The position numbers were made by a program, and so were the translations under genes. The notes beneath the pieces are model-generated. The model worked only from the letters and a program-made list of their open reading frames with translations. It did no database searches and was not told where the DNA came from. Positions 20,601-30,456 of a DNA stretch of 64,000 bases are shown one piece after another. Numbering within the stretch: position 1 is the first letter of the stretch; each line of letters starts with the position of its first letter. Origin of the DNA: Abditibacterium sp. (GTDB lineage: Bacteria; Armatimonadota; Abditibacteriia; Abditibacteriales; Abditibacteriaceae); assembly GCA_965199495.1 (NCBI GenBank), contig CBDASK010000003.1, positions 128,001 to 192,000 on the forward strand, in the 5' to 3' direction.

Positions 20601-20879
20601 TTATTGCGAGCGTTGCGCTCGTTTGGGAGCGACGGCCAAAAATTGGGGATGTTGCGCTCGCTATTGGCGCTGAGCCATTTTTGGCTCAGGCGCGAAAATT
20701 TGGTGCGCGCCCGCGTGCTGTTGCAAGTCGAATGCGCCGAGCGCAAACAGTTGAAATGGCCCGTTGACGGTTGCTGGGAGCCGCTACGGCAACAATTATG
20801 GAACAACGCGCGCGCCGACGAATGCGACGATGATTGGCCCGATTTAGCAACGGCGGTTGAGGCGGAATTGTCTGTCTGA
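17628..20879 (+). CDS. AfsR/SARP-family regulator: wHTH-BTAD, degenerate cyclase-like segment, STAND ATPase, TPRs
   Basis: 'KTATLLAYLAL...REILADLLWPD', Walker A GAGGAGKT, 'LLVMDNFEHL', 'LEGIPLALELAAAR', C-terminal helical repeats; GGAGG RBS. Confidence 0.9.
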   Translation: MKPTRIFLFGGLKFQSGPDITTRFRTQKTATLLAYLALHPGPQPREILADLLWPDDAPEAARHSLRMALSSLRTQLEKPDQPPLFESNRFALGLRADAISTDIAEFHEAIKNARRAFDLNQRALHYGAAVALASEPFLPGFYDDWCVEEAGRIENALGLAQQFLEKVTRREIAPPTPAPPGPTKIAFRVNDAPLATILVCDGADITRAQKIRVKAAGGTRFSTDDAALCAWYFANPRTALQCALTLNNAALRMALCTGEMSSHSQSDLWKRARGLLESAHIGQTVCCEATALFQRGHEDAWCRDLGLFHLPGARPGAAPERVFQLSEATATPPVFAPLQARAARGASVPRPLDGFFGRAHELAELRTRVARDRLTTLLGAGGAGKTRVALQLAATIEIERVAPFYGAVFWVALADVPDAKGIASALCHALHLEHSSQSEALDIAIAALNLAPATLLVMDNFEHLVEGGAALIEELLQRAPNVHALVTSRRLLGVRGETECELAPLQVPQNDSISLERLNDEPSVQLFCDRARGARPDFALTTRNAGIVVALCRQLEGIPLALELAAARVGHLSPARILGHLQARAQDDETPAFENLDFLHNPARNAAARHRTLRTALSWSASELTPAHQKLLARLCVFRGGCTAPAASHVCRAHDASHQLEELRARSLLVRTYYEDEPRYAMLETVRQYAQELAAGHGEIEELRRRHAHYFLGWARTEAPIAVAPDAQARVRSWGRVRANADNLRAALRWSRQHEPATAIQLILACHDFSGSHLSRDELDIAAPLKIVEAQAIEAQNIERGIWAEALKLASVQAAHHGDIEAQNDFALRHLEWIRDEPNVSSQALGWAYFHWGSARHRSGHTIIARAALQQSLELFAQLEPPHCHQCRGWTLIEMGNTAFDAGDLGAATADFEQCDLAFGQSGDRDGQASARAQLADVCFHSGDHARAAQLWPQVAAIMAELGDEREHEWRLHGRGKHAVAVGELDEGHELLLRALRSFGSDGQKLGMLRSLLALSHFWLRRENLVRARVLLQVECAERKQLKWPVDGCWEPLRQQLWNNARADECDDDWPDLATAVEAELSV

Positions 20880-20900
20880 GAATAAGAATGGGGGAGCCGC

Positions 20901-21037
20901 TTTGTCATTCTGAGCGCAGAGGGGAACGAACGAAGTCGAAGAATCCATGACTTAACGGTGCTGACGAAAGTGAAATTAAATCGCAACCTGTGGATTCTTC
21001 GACTTCGTTCGTTCCTCTCTGCGCTCAGAATGACAAA
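20901..21037. repeat. Long palindromic element, family A copy 2
   Basis: tttgtcattctgagcgcagaggggaacgaacgaagtcgaagaatcca / tggattcttcgacttcgttcgttcctctctgcgctcagaatgacaaa. Confidence 0.9.
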
Positions 21038-21063
21038 TGAGACACTACCTAAGATAAATTGTT

Positions 21064-21468
21064 ATGAAAAACCCTGAATCCACGAATAAATTCGCTCATC
21101 TGGGCATAAACCAAACTTTTAAAGAAATGCCCGCAGAAAAATCGGCGTTGAACTTCCATCGAGAGTTTTCTGCACCCGAATATGAAGCGATCCGTGCGGG
21201 CCTGCTGTCTCGCGACATGGACGATAAATGGGATTTTGTTTTTGACCAGAGTTGGCTTTATATTTATCGGAGTTGGACGGGCAATTGCATTTTTCAAATC
21301 CGCTTAGCGACGTGTGAAAACGGTTACCACACAACAGAAACTTGGGTCAATCGAAACCCGCAACAATACAACGCCAGCGATGACACCTTCGATTTGGCTT
21401 TGCTGAGATGTTTAATTGACAGATTTCTGCTCGGCAAAGATACGCCGTTTCCTCGACGAGAAAATTAG
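21064..21468 (+). CDS. Conserved-looking hypothetical protein
   Basis: 134-aa ORF with 'MDDKW.F......LY.YRSWTG' motif. Confidence 0.7.
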   Translation: MKNPESTNKFAHLGINQTFKEMPAEKSALNFHREFSAPEYEAIRAGLLSRDMDDKWDFVFDQSWLYIYRSWTGNCIFQIRLATCENGYHTTETWVNRNPQQYNASDDTFDLALLRCLIDRFLLGKDTPFPRREN

Positions 21469-21541
21469 TCCAATTCTTCCATTTGAACCAGCAAGAAGCG
21501 CCAAACTTTTTGGTTCGTCCGATTTTCTCGTGCAGACCCAA

Positions 21542-22759
21542 ATGCTTGATATTTCCGCCATTCGCGCGCAGTTTTCTATTCTCGATACCGACGTTCACGG
21601 CAAACATCTCACTTATCTCGATAACGCCGCGACCACGCAAAAACCGCAGGTCGTCATTGACCGCATCGCGCGATATTACGAGGCTGAAAACGCCAATTCG
21701 CATCGCGCGGTGCATTTCTTGAGCGAAGTCGCCACGCGCCGTTTCGAGGAAGCGCGCGTGAAAATCGCGCGTTTCATCGGCGCGCGCGACGCGCACGAAT
21801 GTATTTGGGTGCGCGGTTGCACCGAAGGCATCAATCTGGTCGCCGCGACGTGGGGCCGCGCCAATCTGGGCGCGGGCGACGAGATCATTCTCACCGAAAT
21901 GGAGCATCACTCCAACATTGTGCCGTGGCAGATGTTGGCGGCGCAAACCGGTTGCGAAATCAAAGTCGTGCCGGTTTTCGATAACGGCGAGTTGGATATG
22001 GATGCCTATCGCGATTTGTTGAGCGAGCGCACCAAATTGGTTTCGTTCGTTCATGTCTCGAACGCGTTGGGCACGATTAATCCGGCGCGCGCAATCATTG
22101 ACCTCGCGCACAGCCACGGCGCCCTGGTGCTGTGCGACGCCGCGCAGTCCATTCCGCATTTTGCGATTGACGTTCAGCAGTTGGACGCCGACTTTCTGGT
22201 GTTTTCGGGCCACAAACTTTACGGGCCGACCGGCATCGGAATTGTGTGGGCGCGGCGCGAGTTGTTGGACGAAATGCCGCCCTATCAAGGCGGCGGCAAC
22301 ATGATTGACCGCGTCAGTTGGGAAGAGACGACGTGGAACACGGTGCCTTATAAGTTCGAGGCCGGAACCTCGAATATCGCGGGCGCCATCGGTCTGGGCG
22401 CGGCGATTGATTGGGTCGAGCAAATCGGTTTGGACGAAATCGCTCATCACGAAGCCGAGCTTTTGGCTTACGCGACCGAGAAATTAGTTGCGATTCCCGG
22501 TTTTCGCATCATCGGCACGGCGCCCGAAAAGGCGTCGGTTCTGTCGTTTTTGATCGACGGCACGCATCCCAACGATGTCGCGCATTTAATTGACTCGCAG
22601 GGCGTGGCTGTTCGTAGCGGTCATCACTGCTGTATGCCACTGATGAATCGTTACGGCATTCCCGGCACCTGCCGCGCCAGTTTCGCGGTTTATAATACGA
22701 GGGAAGAAGTGGACGCGCTTTACGATGCACTCGGTTTCGCGCGCGAAATGTTGGTTTAG
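21542..22759 (+). CDS. sufS: Cysteine desulfurase, group II
   Basis: 'YLDNAATTQKP', 'EHHSNIVPWQ', PLP site 'SGHKLYGPTG', catalytic 'RSGHHC'. Confidence 0.93.
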   Translation: MLDISAIRAQFSILDTDVHGKHLTYLDNAATTQKPQVVIDRIARYYEAENANSHRAVHFLSEVATRRFEEARVKIARFIGARDAHECIWVRGCTEGINLVAATWGRANLGAGDEIILTEMEHHSNIVPWQMLAAQTGCEIKVVPVFDNGELDMDAYRDLLSERTKLVSFVHVSNALGTINPARAIIDLAHSHGALVLCDAAQSIPHFAIDVQQLDADFLVFSGHKLYGPTGIGIVWARRELLDEMPPYQGGGNMIDRVSWEETTWNTVPYKFEAGTSNIAGAIGLGAAIDWVEQIGLDEIAHHEAELLAYATEKLVAIPGFRIIGTAPEKASVLSFLIDGTHPNDVAHLIDSQGVAVRSGHHCCMPLMNRYGIPGTCRASFAVYNTREEVDALYDALGFAREMLV

Positions 22760-22764
22760 TTCAT

Positions 22765-22859
22765 GGAACTCACATCCAAACGCAACCCGGAACGATGCGG
22801 CCAAAGCGTCATATTAGCCGCGTCGCTTGCGATTCGGGTTTCTTTTGGATGTGAGTTCC
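22765..22859. repeat. Imperfect long hairpin between convergent genes
   Basis: ggaactcacatccaaa ... tttggatgtgagttcc outer arms with inner aacccg/cgggtt and gcggc/gccgc stems. Confidence 0.7.
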
Positions 22860-22866
22860 GACTCAT

Positions 22867-24024
22867 TTAAAAAGTTGTGCCGATACTAAAACCAACTCTC
22901 ACTTTGCCATCCATTATTCCAATTTGGTGTCGTATGCCATCGCCATCCTCATAACCAAAATTGCCCATCTCACTGCCGGGTACCGTGGGCTGTTGATCGA
23001 GCGCGGCGCCCATCGGCACGAGATTGTTCGAGGCGACGAGCGGCACGCTTTGCGGCGGCGCCTGCGGTGCGACGAAAATGTTTTGGCTGCCCAGAAAAAC
23101 GTTGTTACGCATTTCCGCGCGTGCGCCGGGCGCGTCGAGTTTGACGAATTGATTGCGCGCATCGCGGGCGATAAAGCTGTTGCGAAACAGATAAAGTGTG
23201 CCCTGATGTGCGGCGCCCGATTCGCTGCCAAAAAGCAGAAATTTGACGTGATTGCCGCCTCGATCCGCGCGGCTGATGAGCGTGTTGCCGAAAAGCAGCG
23301 CGTTGCTATTGGGCTTATCGGTCGCGCCCGGCGCGTCCACAAAACCGACTTCGCCCTCGTTGGAATCGGCGATGAGGTTGAACCATAATTCGTTAAAATG
23401 GGCGCGACTCTTGAAGTTTTGGCCGTGTAGACTGTCGTGAATCGAGCAGCCGCGCACCACAACGCGATTGCCGCTCATATAAAAATTGTGCGAGGTGCCC
23501 TCGAATGAAGCCGTGCCGTTGAAGGCGACTTCGCAACCTTCGATGCGCGCGGTTTGGCGGTCGCCGCCGAAAATCCCCATGTCGCACTGCGTCACCACGC
23601 AATCGCGAATAAGCGCGTTTGTCGAGTCGAGCAGACGAATCCCGGCGGCGTTTTCGCCATTGCGCGCGTTTTTAAATTCGAGGTGTTCGACGCGAATATA
23701 GGCGCCCTCGATTTGCAAAGCGGCGCGCGGGACGGCGCCCCGCCCCGAAAGCGCGAGACCTTGCGCATCGAAAAGCGGGCGTGCCGCGCCCACGCCACGT
23801 AGGATAATGGGCGCAGCAGCGTTGCCGTCGCGCTGGATTTTCACCGCTTCATGGTAAGTGCCCGCGTCAATTTCCACGATGTCGCCCGGCTCCAGCCGCC
23901 CCACAACCGCGCCCAGAGTAGAAATCGCGCGCCCCGGCCCGACCTGATAAACGGTCGCATTCGCTTGTTTGGCCGTCACCATCACAAGACAAAACAGGAA
24001 TCCGAGAAATATTTTAAGTTTCAT
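22867..24024 (-). CDS. Secreted right-handed beta-helix (pectin-lyase-like) protein
   Basis: Signal peptide; 'PGDIVEIDAGTY', 'GENAAGIR', 'HNFYM', 'GQNFKSRA' motifs. Confidence 0.75.
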   Translation of the reverse strand: MKLKIFLGFLFCLVMVTAKQANATVYQVGPGRAISTLGAVVGRLEPGDIVEIDAGTYHEAVKIQRDGNAAAPIILRGVGAARPLFDAQGLALSGRGAVPRAALQIEGAYIRVEHLEFKNARNGENAAGIRLLDSTNALIRDCVVTQCDMGIFGGDRQTARIEGCEVAFNGTASFEGTSHNFYMSGNRVVVRGCSIHDSLHGQNFKSRAHFNELWFNLIADSNEGEVGFVDAPGATDKPNSNALLFGNTLISRADRGGNHVKFLLFGSESGAAHQGTLYLFRNSFIARDARNQFVKLDAPGARAEMRNNVFLGSQNIFVAPQAPPQSVPLVASNNLVPMGAALDQQPTVPGSEMGNFGYEDGDGIRHQIGIMDGKVRVGFSIGTTF

Positions 24025-24058
24025 TTTCTTTGCCGGAAAAAGTGACGCAGTTGCGCCT

Positions 24059-25525
24059 TTATGGAATTAAACGCTCTATCACCAACGGAAGGGCCATAAC
24101 GAAAGCGGTCAAGCTCTCGTTTAACATCGTTGGGTAGTTTCCACGCGCGGTCGAAAAATGCGCCGAACCGGCGGTTCCATCAACAGTGCCTTCGATCCAA
24201 AGTTCGCCGCCGTGGGCTTCGATAATTTTCTGCGCCGACAGCAATCCAAAGCCCGTGCCTTCGATAGATTTGTGCGTTTTTAAACGGCCAAAAGCCACGA
24301 AGAGTTGATCGGCCTGTTCGCGCGTAATGCCCTGCCCGCCTTGCCCACTATCAGCCACGGCGACCAAGACATCGTCTTTTTCGGCGCGCCAAAAAACTCT
24401 GACTTTGCCATCGCTATATTTCAGCGCATTGCCGATGAGGTTCATAAACACGGTAATCATCCGCATTTTGTCGAGATGGATTTCGATGTCGCCGTCGGCC
24501 AAAACGACTTCGCGCCCATTGGCGAAACGCGGCTTTTGATAATGAATTCCGGCTTCGATAACTTCGCGCAGCGAAGTCGGCTGAGGCTCAATCGGAACGG
24601 GTTGGCCTTCCAAAACGCGCAACTGTTCCATTAAAGAAAGCCGCAGAAAGTTGAGCAACTGCGCGCCATTTTTGATAAATCCGGTGATGCGGTGCAGATT
24701 TTCGCGGTCATCGCGGCCCTTTTCGATGGAGAGTTCCAGCGTGTCGGCACCCAATTGAATCGAAGTTAATGGCGTGCCCAAATCGTGGACGATGATACCG
24801 ATGGCTTGACTCAACACCTGAAGCGAAGACTCGGTCTGTTCGCGCCTGCGCTTTTGTTCGTCGCGTTCGATTTGCAGCAAATGGTTCGCAACAAAAGTTT
24901 GGCGCGCGTAAAGTTCGAGCGAGTAACAGGCGCCCATGCCCGCGACGTTGGCGGCCAAAATGAAAAATATCGAGTTGAGAAACGTAGTTTTGCCCTGCGG
25001 AATTTGCAAAATGCCCTGCGAGAAAACCGCCGAAAACACATAAACCGCGACGACGATCCAGTTGGCGAGGGTCGCGTTCCAGAACCGCATGCGCGCGAAC
25101 GAATACGAAATGAGCGGAATCAACATCAAACCGGCGTAGTAAAAGCTGTATCCCGGCTCGTTGGGCTGCGCCGTGGCTGATATGAGGATTAAGCCAAAAC
25201 CGCCGACCAAAACGTCCACGAACAATCCGAATTGCATGAGGCGCCGAAAATAACGGGTGAAACTCAGCAGAAAAACGCCCAGCAAAACCGGCGAAATAAT
25301 AAAGAAGCGCACGAACCAGACTTGCGGGCGCGAGACCGGCAAAACGAAATAATCGAGCACGCCAAACGCCATCCACAGCAACAAAGTCATCGCCATCGCG
25401 ACGCGACAAATCGCCAGCGAGTTATCGAAGTAGACGCCCCTGAACTGCCGTTCGAGCGCGACCGGAAACCGCAAACGGCGGGCGTCACGGTCGAGTTGGT
25501 CGTGTTCCATAAATAATCGAGCCAC
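24059..25525 (-). CDS. Membrane sensor histidine kinase
   Basis: Multiple TM helices; H-box 'VHDLGTPL', N-box 'NLIGNALKY', 'DSG..G.GI', 'GTGFGL'. Confidence 0.9.
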   Translation of the reverse strand: MARLFMEHDQLDRDARRLRFPVALERQFRGVYFDNSLAICRVAMAMTLLLWMAFGVLDYFVLPVSRPQVWFVRFFIISPVLLGVFLLSFTRYFRRLMQFGLFVDVLVGGFGLILISATAQPNEPGYSFYYAGLMLIPLISYSFARMRFWNATLANWIVVAVYVFSAVFSQGILQIPQGKTTFLNSIFFILAANVAGMGACYSLELYARQTFVANHLLQIERDEQKRRREQTESSLQVLSQAIGIIVHDLGTPLTSIQLGADTLELSIEKGRDDRENLHRITGFIKNGAQLLNFLRLSLMEQLRVLEGQPVPIEPQPTSLREVIEAGIHYQKPRFANGREVVLADGDIEIHLDKMRMITVFMNLIGNALKYSDGKVRVFWRAEKDDVLVAVADSGQGGQGITREQADQLFVAFGRLKTHKSIEGTGFGLLSAQKIIEAHGGELWIEGTVDGTAGSAHFSTARGNYPTMLNESLTAFVMALPLVIERLIP

Positions 25526-25582
25526 ACAGTTTGACAGCGCGAGCCAGCAGTTTTGTGCGCTTTAATTTATATCGCAATCATC

Positions 25583-25614
25583 AAAAAGCGCCGAAGGGTT
25601 CTTCGGCGCTTTTT
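25583..25614. terminator. Intrinsic terminator
   Basis: aaaaagcgccgaag-ggtt-cttcggcgcttttt. Confidence 0.75.
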
Positions 25615-25616
25615 AA

Positions 25617-25820
25617 CAACGAGTAGAGAATTTATGCAGTTGGCTTACGATTGTCATTTCGAGCGAAGCCGAGAAATCTTGCGGCCCCGCGCCAGCGGAG
25701 ACAATGCGATAGATAGAAAGTGAAAGTCTTTTCAGCCTGCGCTGCCGCGCGGGCGTAAGATTTCTCGGCTTCGCTCGAAATGACAATCGTAAGCCAACTG
25801 CATAAATTCTCTACTCGTTG
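25617..25820. repeat. Long palindromic element, family B copy 1 with extended outer arms
   Basis: caacgagtagagaatttatgcagttggcttacgattgtcatttcgagcgaagccgagaaatctt / exact complement; core shared with the 51062 copy. Confidence 0.9.
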
Positions 25821-25832
25821 GAACGAAATCTA

Positions 25833-28118
25833 TTACTTCTTCCCAGTCAAAGCCGGTTTGTTCTCGTCCAAAGTCTCGGTTTCCGCCGTGCTTTCATCGA
25901 AATAGTGGCCGTAAGTTCGGTAAGTATCGTAACCGCCAATGGCATTCGTCGGGACTTTGGTCAAAACCACGCCCAAAACTTCGTTGCCCGTCGAGTTGAG
26001 CAAATCACCGGCACGCGCGACTTCGCGGCGCCCGGTTTCCTGCATCGCCACGACCATGATGGTGCCGTCAACCAGCGACGAAATCAAACGCGCATCGGCC
26101 AATCCGAGCATCGGCGGCGTATCAATCACGACGAAATCGGCCAGCGCCAAGATGTCGGTAATCGCCTGACGCGCGGTCTGCGAGTTGAGCAGTTTGAACG
26201 GGTTGGGCGGCACCGGCCCACTGGTGATAATCTGCAAATCGGGAATATCGGTGGCGCGCAACACTTCTTCCAAGCTGTTTTGCCCGGAAACCACGCTGGT
26301 GAAACCGGGGCCGAGCGTTAGGCCCAAAAACGTGTGTTGCGTCGGGCGGCGCAAATCCAAATCGAGCAAAATTGTGCGCTCTCCGCCCAGCGCGGCGGCA
26401 ATCGCGAGGTTGAGTGCCGCCGACGATTTGCCTTCGTTGGGCACGCTCGAAGTCACCACGAGAGATTTGATCGGTCGGTCGGTCGCGCAAAACGAGATGT
26501 TGGCGCGCAGCATCCGAAAACTTTCCAAGAGCGGCGTGATTTTGTCGCCCGTCGCCAATAATGTTTGCTGCGCGGTGTGTTTGAGTTGCGGCACCTGCGC
26601 CAAAACCGGAAAGTTGGTGACGCGCTGCACTTCGTCTTCGGAATATAAGCGGTCGTCCATCGCGTCCCACAACAGCGCCAGAGCAATCGCGGCCAAAATG
26701 CCCAGCACGATGCCCGACATCAAAACCTTTTTCTTATCGGGAGCCACCGGCGTGTTGTTGGGCTTGGCGGGCACGATGATTTGTGCGTCCGGCTCGCGCG
26801 CCTGTTGACCGAGTTCGAGTCCTTGCAAAGTCGCGCTCATCGAAAGATAACGCTCGTCCTGCTTTTTGGCCTCCGATTCGAGTTTGAACAATTGCAACTG
26901 CTGCTTTGGCAAAGTCGCCAATTCGCCGTTGGCGCTTTGCAGTTGGCTTTGCAGCGCTTTGATGCGCGCGTCCAATGCCCAGATGTTGCTCTGCGCCTCG
27001 CTGCGTTTGCCGACAATCGGGTTGGGTTGCCAGCTCGTCACCACGCGTTGCGCCTCGCGCGCAAGGCTCTGTTTAATCGCGTTGATTTTGGCGTTCAACT
27101 GCTGAACGCGATAGGAAGTGCTGGTGTATTCGCCCGCAATCGAGGCTTTTTCGTTTTCCAGTTCGGTCAAGTCGGCCTGCAACTTTGTCACGACATCGCT
27201 TTTTTGCACGCTCGTCGGCACCAGATCGTCGCCGGGAAAGCGCTTGAGCGTCTCGTCGGCTTTGGAAATCGTGCCCTGCGCGGCGCGGCGGTCGGCGGTG
27301 GCTTGCGCCAAACCCGCTTCGATGGCGGCCAGACGCGTCGAAAGCCCCGCCGATTTGTCGTCAATCGAAATCGTGCCGGTGCGTTGCTTGAAATTGCGCA
27401 CCTTATCCAAAGCGTCGTCGCGTTCGCCGCCAATTTCGCGCAGTTTGTCTTTGACGTAACCGATGCGTTTTTCGTCGTTCGCCTGATTCTGCTTGAGCGT
27501 GGCTTTCTCGTATTGGCGCCCAACGGCATTGGCAAACGCCGCCGCCGCTTCGGGCTTGTAGGCGCGCGCTGAAATTTCCATCAAGGTGGTGCGTCCGACC
27601 GGATCAACGGTGATTTCGCCGGGCGATTTCAAGCCTTTCAAGTTTTGCGGACTCAAACTTTTGACGGCGGCGGCACGAATGTCGGGGCCGCCCAAAAGCT
27701 GAATTTGCGTTTCAATCGTGGTATCGGTTTTGTCGCTGAGCAAATCTTCCAGGCCGGGCAAAGTCGCCGCCGAGGCCGAATTTTCGACGATTTGCATGGT
27801 CGTCACCGATTGATAAATCGGTTTGGCCAGTCTCAGATAAACGACCGACAACGCCACAATCGCCAGAAAAACGAACACCATCGCTTTCCAGCGCCGCTGG
27901 AAAATCCGCAGCATCTGCGCCAGATCAACGCCCTCGGTGGCGTCCATTTGATAACGCCCGGTCGCCGAAACGGCGTTTGGCCCGCCATTTTGCCAATCGG
28001 GCGTTGGGGCGTGGCTGCCGTTGGGTTGCGGCACGATTTCGGTCGAGGATGGCCGGTTTTTGTCGTCCTGAAAATGAAATTGGGAGTTGTTCAAATGATC
28101 TCCGTTGAAGTCGCGCAC
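25833..28118 (-). CDS. Wzc/GumC-type polysaccharide co-polymerase tyrosine autokinase
   Basis: Two TM helices flanking coiled coils; Walker A 'PNEGKS', 'LLDLDLRRP', 'VIDTPP'; C-terminal Tyr cluster 'GGYDTYRTYGHY'. Confidence 0.92.
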   Translation of the reverse strand: MRDFNGDHLNNSQFHFQDDKNRPSSTEIVPQPNGSHAPTPDWQNGGPNAVSATGRYQMDATEGVDLAQMLRIFQRRWKAMVFVFLAIVALSVVYLRLAKPIYQSVTTMQIVENSASAATLPGLEDLLSDKTDTTIETQIQLLGGPDIRAAAVKSLSPQNLKGLKSPGEITVDPVGRTTLMEISARAYKPEAAAAFANAVGRQYEKATLKQNQANDEKRIGYVKDKLREIGGERDDALDKVRNFKQRTGTISIDDKSAGLSTRLAAIEAGLAQATADRRAAQGTISKADETLKRFPGDDLVPTSVQKSDVVTKLQADLTELENEKASIAGEYTSTSYRVQQLNAKINAIKQSLAREAQRVVTSWQPNPIVGKRSEAQSNIWALDARIKALQSQLQSANGELATLPKQQLQLFKLESEAKKQDERYLSMSATLQGLELGQQAREPDAQIIVPAKPNNTPVAPDKKKVLMSGIVLGILAAIALALLWDAMDDRLYSEDEVQRVTNFPVLAQVPQLKHTAQQTLLATGDKITPLLESFRMLRANISFCATDRPIKSLVVTSSVPNEGKSSAALNLAIAAALGGERTILLDLDLRRPTQHTFLGLTLGPGFTSVVSGQNSLEEVLRATDIPDLQIITSGPVPPNPFKLLNSQTARQAITDILALADFVVIDTPPMLGLADARLISSLVDGTIMVVAMQETGRREVARAGDLLNSTGNEVLGVVLTKVPTNAIGGYDTYRTYGHYFDESTAETETLDENKPALTGKK

Positions 28119-28166
28119 CCTAACGATTCATAAAATTCGCTCGAACGAATTCGGGCGAATTTCAGC

Positions 28167-30170
28167 TTAAAATCCCTGCAAAATCCGAAAGATGCCCAAT
28201 GCCGCTGTCGCCGTTTCCAATCCTGATTTGGTTACTTTTCCCTGCGGCACAAACACGACATCGCCCGATTGCAGCGGTAAATTGAGTGTTTTTGCGACGT
28301 CCCCAGAGCGAGTGCTGCTATCCAGTTTGACGCGGATCGCATCATAACCATCGGGATTTTTCTGCGTTTTTGGAACGGCGCGAACGACGGCGATTTCGTT
28401 GGTTTTGGCGCCCTCAATGGAGCCACCGGCCAAGTTGAGCGCCTCGCCCAAATTCAAACCTTTGTTGCTGGGAATTCCATAATAGTTCGGCTTGGTGACG
28501 GCTCCCATCACCATCACCTTATTGGAATTTTCCGGCACGCGCACGGTATCGCCGTCTTGCAGCGCCAGATTTTTGACCTGACCTTTGCCCAATCCCGAAT
28601 AATCCACGATGTTGCTGGTGCCGTCGCGATGGTCAACCGCGATTTGATCTAATGCCGCCAGATTGCTGGGGCCGCCAGCGCGAAAGAGCGCTTCGGTCAA
28701 CCCTTCGCCCGGCTTGAGTTCGTAGGTGCCCGGCGTGGTAACCGCGCCAATCACCGCAATCGAGGGCGAACCTTTGGGATTGACCAAAATCGTGTCGCCG
28801 TCCTGCAAAGTCACGTTTTGGCTCAGGTCTTTGCCGCCCCACAAACGCCCGGCGTCCACTTGAAGCGGAATCTGGCGACCATCGGGCAAATTGCGCAAAA
28901 TCGTGATGCGCGTGGCTTCGGGCGTCAAATCGTTCAAATCGCCCGCTTCCAAAACGGCGGCCAAAACTTTGGTGCCATCGTTGAAACTATATTGACCGGG
29001 ATTTTTCACCGCGCCCGCCAACAGCACGCGCGGGCCAAGGAGCGGATTGATAAACACGATGTCGTTGTTTTGCAGCGGCACATCGGCCTTGGGATCTACC
29101 AGCGCGCGCTTCACATCTACGGGAATAATCTCGTTGCCGCGCCGCACCGAAGCGGTCAGTTTGTCAACCGGAACTGTGGGGCCACCCGCCGCCGAAAGCG
29201 CGCGCACAAAACCACTGCGCCCCTCCAACTGATAGTTGCCGGGACTTTTGACCAAATTTTTATCCGAAATCACGTTGACGTTGATGCGCACGCCCTGCAC
29301 CGACAACAAATCGCCATCTTGCAACGCTATATTGGCGGGGCTGTCCGGGTTCTGCGCGGCAGCAGCCACGTCGAGCCGCATGATATTTCCGCCGCGCAAT
29401 AACGTGATGTCGGTATCGGCGGGCGCGAACTTCAAAGCGCCCACTTTGCCAAGCGCGTTCAAAAGCGTCGGTGCTTTGCGCGCCGAAACCTGCCCCGGTG
29501 TGCCGACATCGCCATTCACGGTGACGGTGACAAGCGGAATCGGCACGATGCTCAAAACGTCGCCGACGTTGACGCGCGGGTTGGCCGCGTTTTCGGGCGA
29601 GCGCGTAATCGTCTCCAAGTCAAGCGGAATCGGCGCGCCGTTGACGCGCTTGAGCGTGGCTTTGACATCTTCGGGCGCGACTTCGTTCAAACTGCCCACC
29701 GCCGCCAGCACTTCCGAAACGCGCCAACCGGGCTGCAAATCCACCGCGCCGGGTTTATTGACCGCGCCCAAAACCGTCGCCTGTCGGGGCCGCGCGCGCA
29801 CGAGCGTGACGGAAACTTTGGGGTCTTTGAGCTGCGATTTATAAGCGTTGGCAATCGCCACGCGCGCCTGTTCTAACGTTTTTCCTTTGATGGTGAGCGG
29901 CCCCAGAATCGGCAACGCGACGCGCCCGGTCGAGGAAAGCGTGAGCGCTTCGGCGCTCATTTCGGGATGGTTGGCGACATCCAAACCGATCACGTCGTCG
30001 GGGCCGAGTATCAACTGTTCGCCGCGCGGCCCGCTCGTCAACAGCGACGTGGCTGATGCGGGCGGCGGAACCGTTGTGGGCGGCGCCGGTTTGGCGCCGG
30101 GTTTGGGCTGAGCCAACGCGGGCGCGCCAAAAGCCAGCACTATTAACAGGGAACGGGAATTCAGTTGCAT
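28167..30170 (-). CDS. Polysaccharide export protein (Wza/KpsD-like, multiple SLBB domains)
   Basis: Signal peptide from ATG 30170; 'LGPDDVI...GRVALPILG' export domain; repeated 'GAV.KPG...LQDGD' units. Confidence 0.9.
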   Translation of the reverse strand: MQLNSRSLLIVLAFGAPALAQPKPGAKPAPPTTVPPPASATSLLTSGPRGEQLILGPDDVIGLDVANHPEMSAEALTLSSTGRVALPILGPLTIKGKTLEQARVAIANAYKSQLKDPKVSVTLVRARPRQATVLGAVNKPGAVDLQPGWRVSEVLAAVGSLNEVAPEDVKATLKRVNGAPIPLDLETITRSPENAANPRVNVGDVLSIVPIPLVTVTVNGDVGTPGQVSARKAPTLLNALGKVGALKFAPADTDITLLRGGNIMRLDVAAAAQNPDSPANIALQDGDLLSVQGVRINVNVISDKNLVKSPGNYQLEGRSGFVRALSAAGGPTVPVDKLTASVRRGNEIIPVDVKRALVDPKADVPLQNNDIVFINPLLGPRVLLAGAVKNPGQYSFNDGTKVLAAVLEAGDLNDLTPEATRITILRNLPDGRQIPLQVDAGRLWGGKDLSQNVTLQDGDTILVNPKGSPSIAVIGAVTTPGTYELKPGEGLTEALFRAGGPSNLAALDQIAVDHRDGTSNIVDYSGLGKGQVKNLALQDGDTVRVPENSNKVMVMGAVTKPNYYGIPSNKGLNLGEALNLAGGSIEGAKTNEIAVVRAVPKTQKNPDGYDAIRVKLDSSTRSGDVAKTLNLPLQSGDVVFVPQGKVTKSGLETATAALGIFRILQGF

Positions 30171-30276
30171 AAAAAACGACGGTGTCGCGCGGAAAGTTCG
30201 CAACCCCAAAAAGACAGTTGAAACGCGGCAGAGTTGTGATGGCTTGTCAATATTCGACTTTCTCCATTTGGGTTGC

Positions 30277-30424
30277 GCCTGCGTTGTCATTCTGAGCGGA
30301 GTGAGGCACGAACGAAGTCGAAGAATCCATCGCTTGCGTGATGACTTTCGCTTTTGCCTTGTCCAGAGTCGTGGATTCTTCGACTACGTTCGTGCCTCAC
30401 TCCGCTCAGAATGACAACGCAGGC
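30277..30424. repeat. Long palindromic element, family A copy 3
   Basis: gcctgcgttgtcattctgagcggagtgaggcacgaacgaagtcgaagaatcca / complement. Confidence 0.9.
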
Positions 30425-30456
30425 CGTAAATAGAACGCAAAGCGGAATTCATTTTC

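Noticed and set aside
30171..30200. ECF promoter (CGAAC-N17-CGTT) just upstream of the Wza-like start
   Set aside because: Only 4 nt separate the -10 motif from the ATG, too short for confidence, and the motif is low in information.
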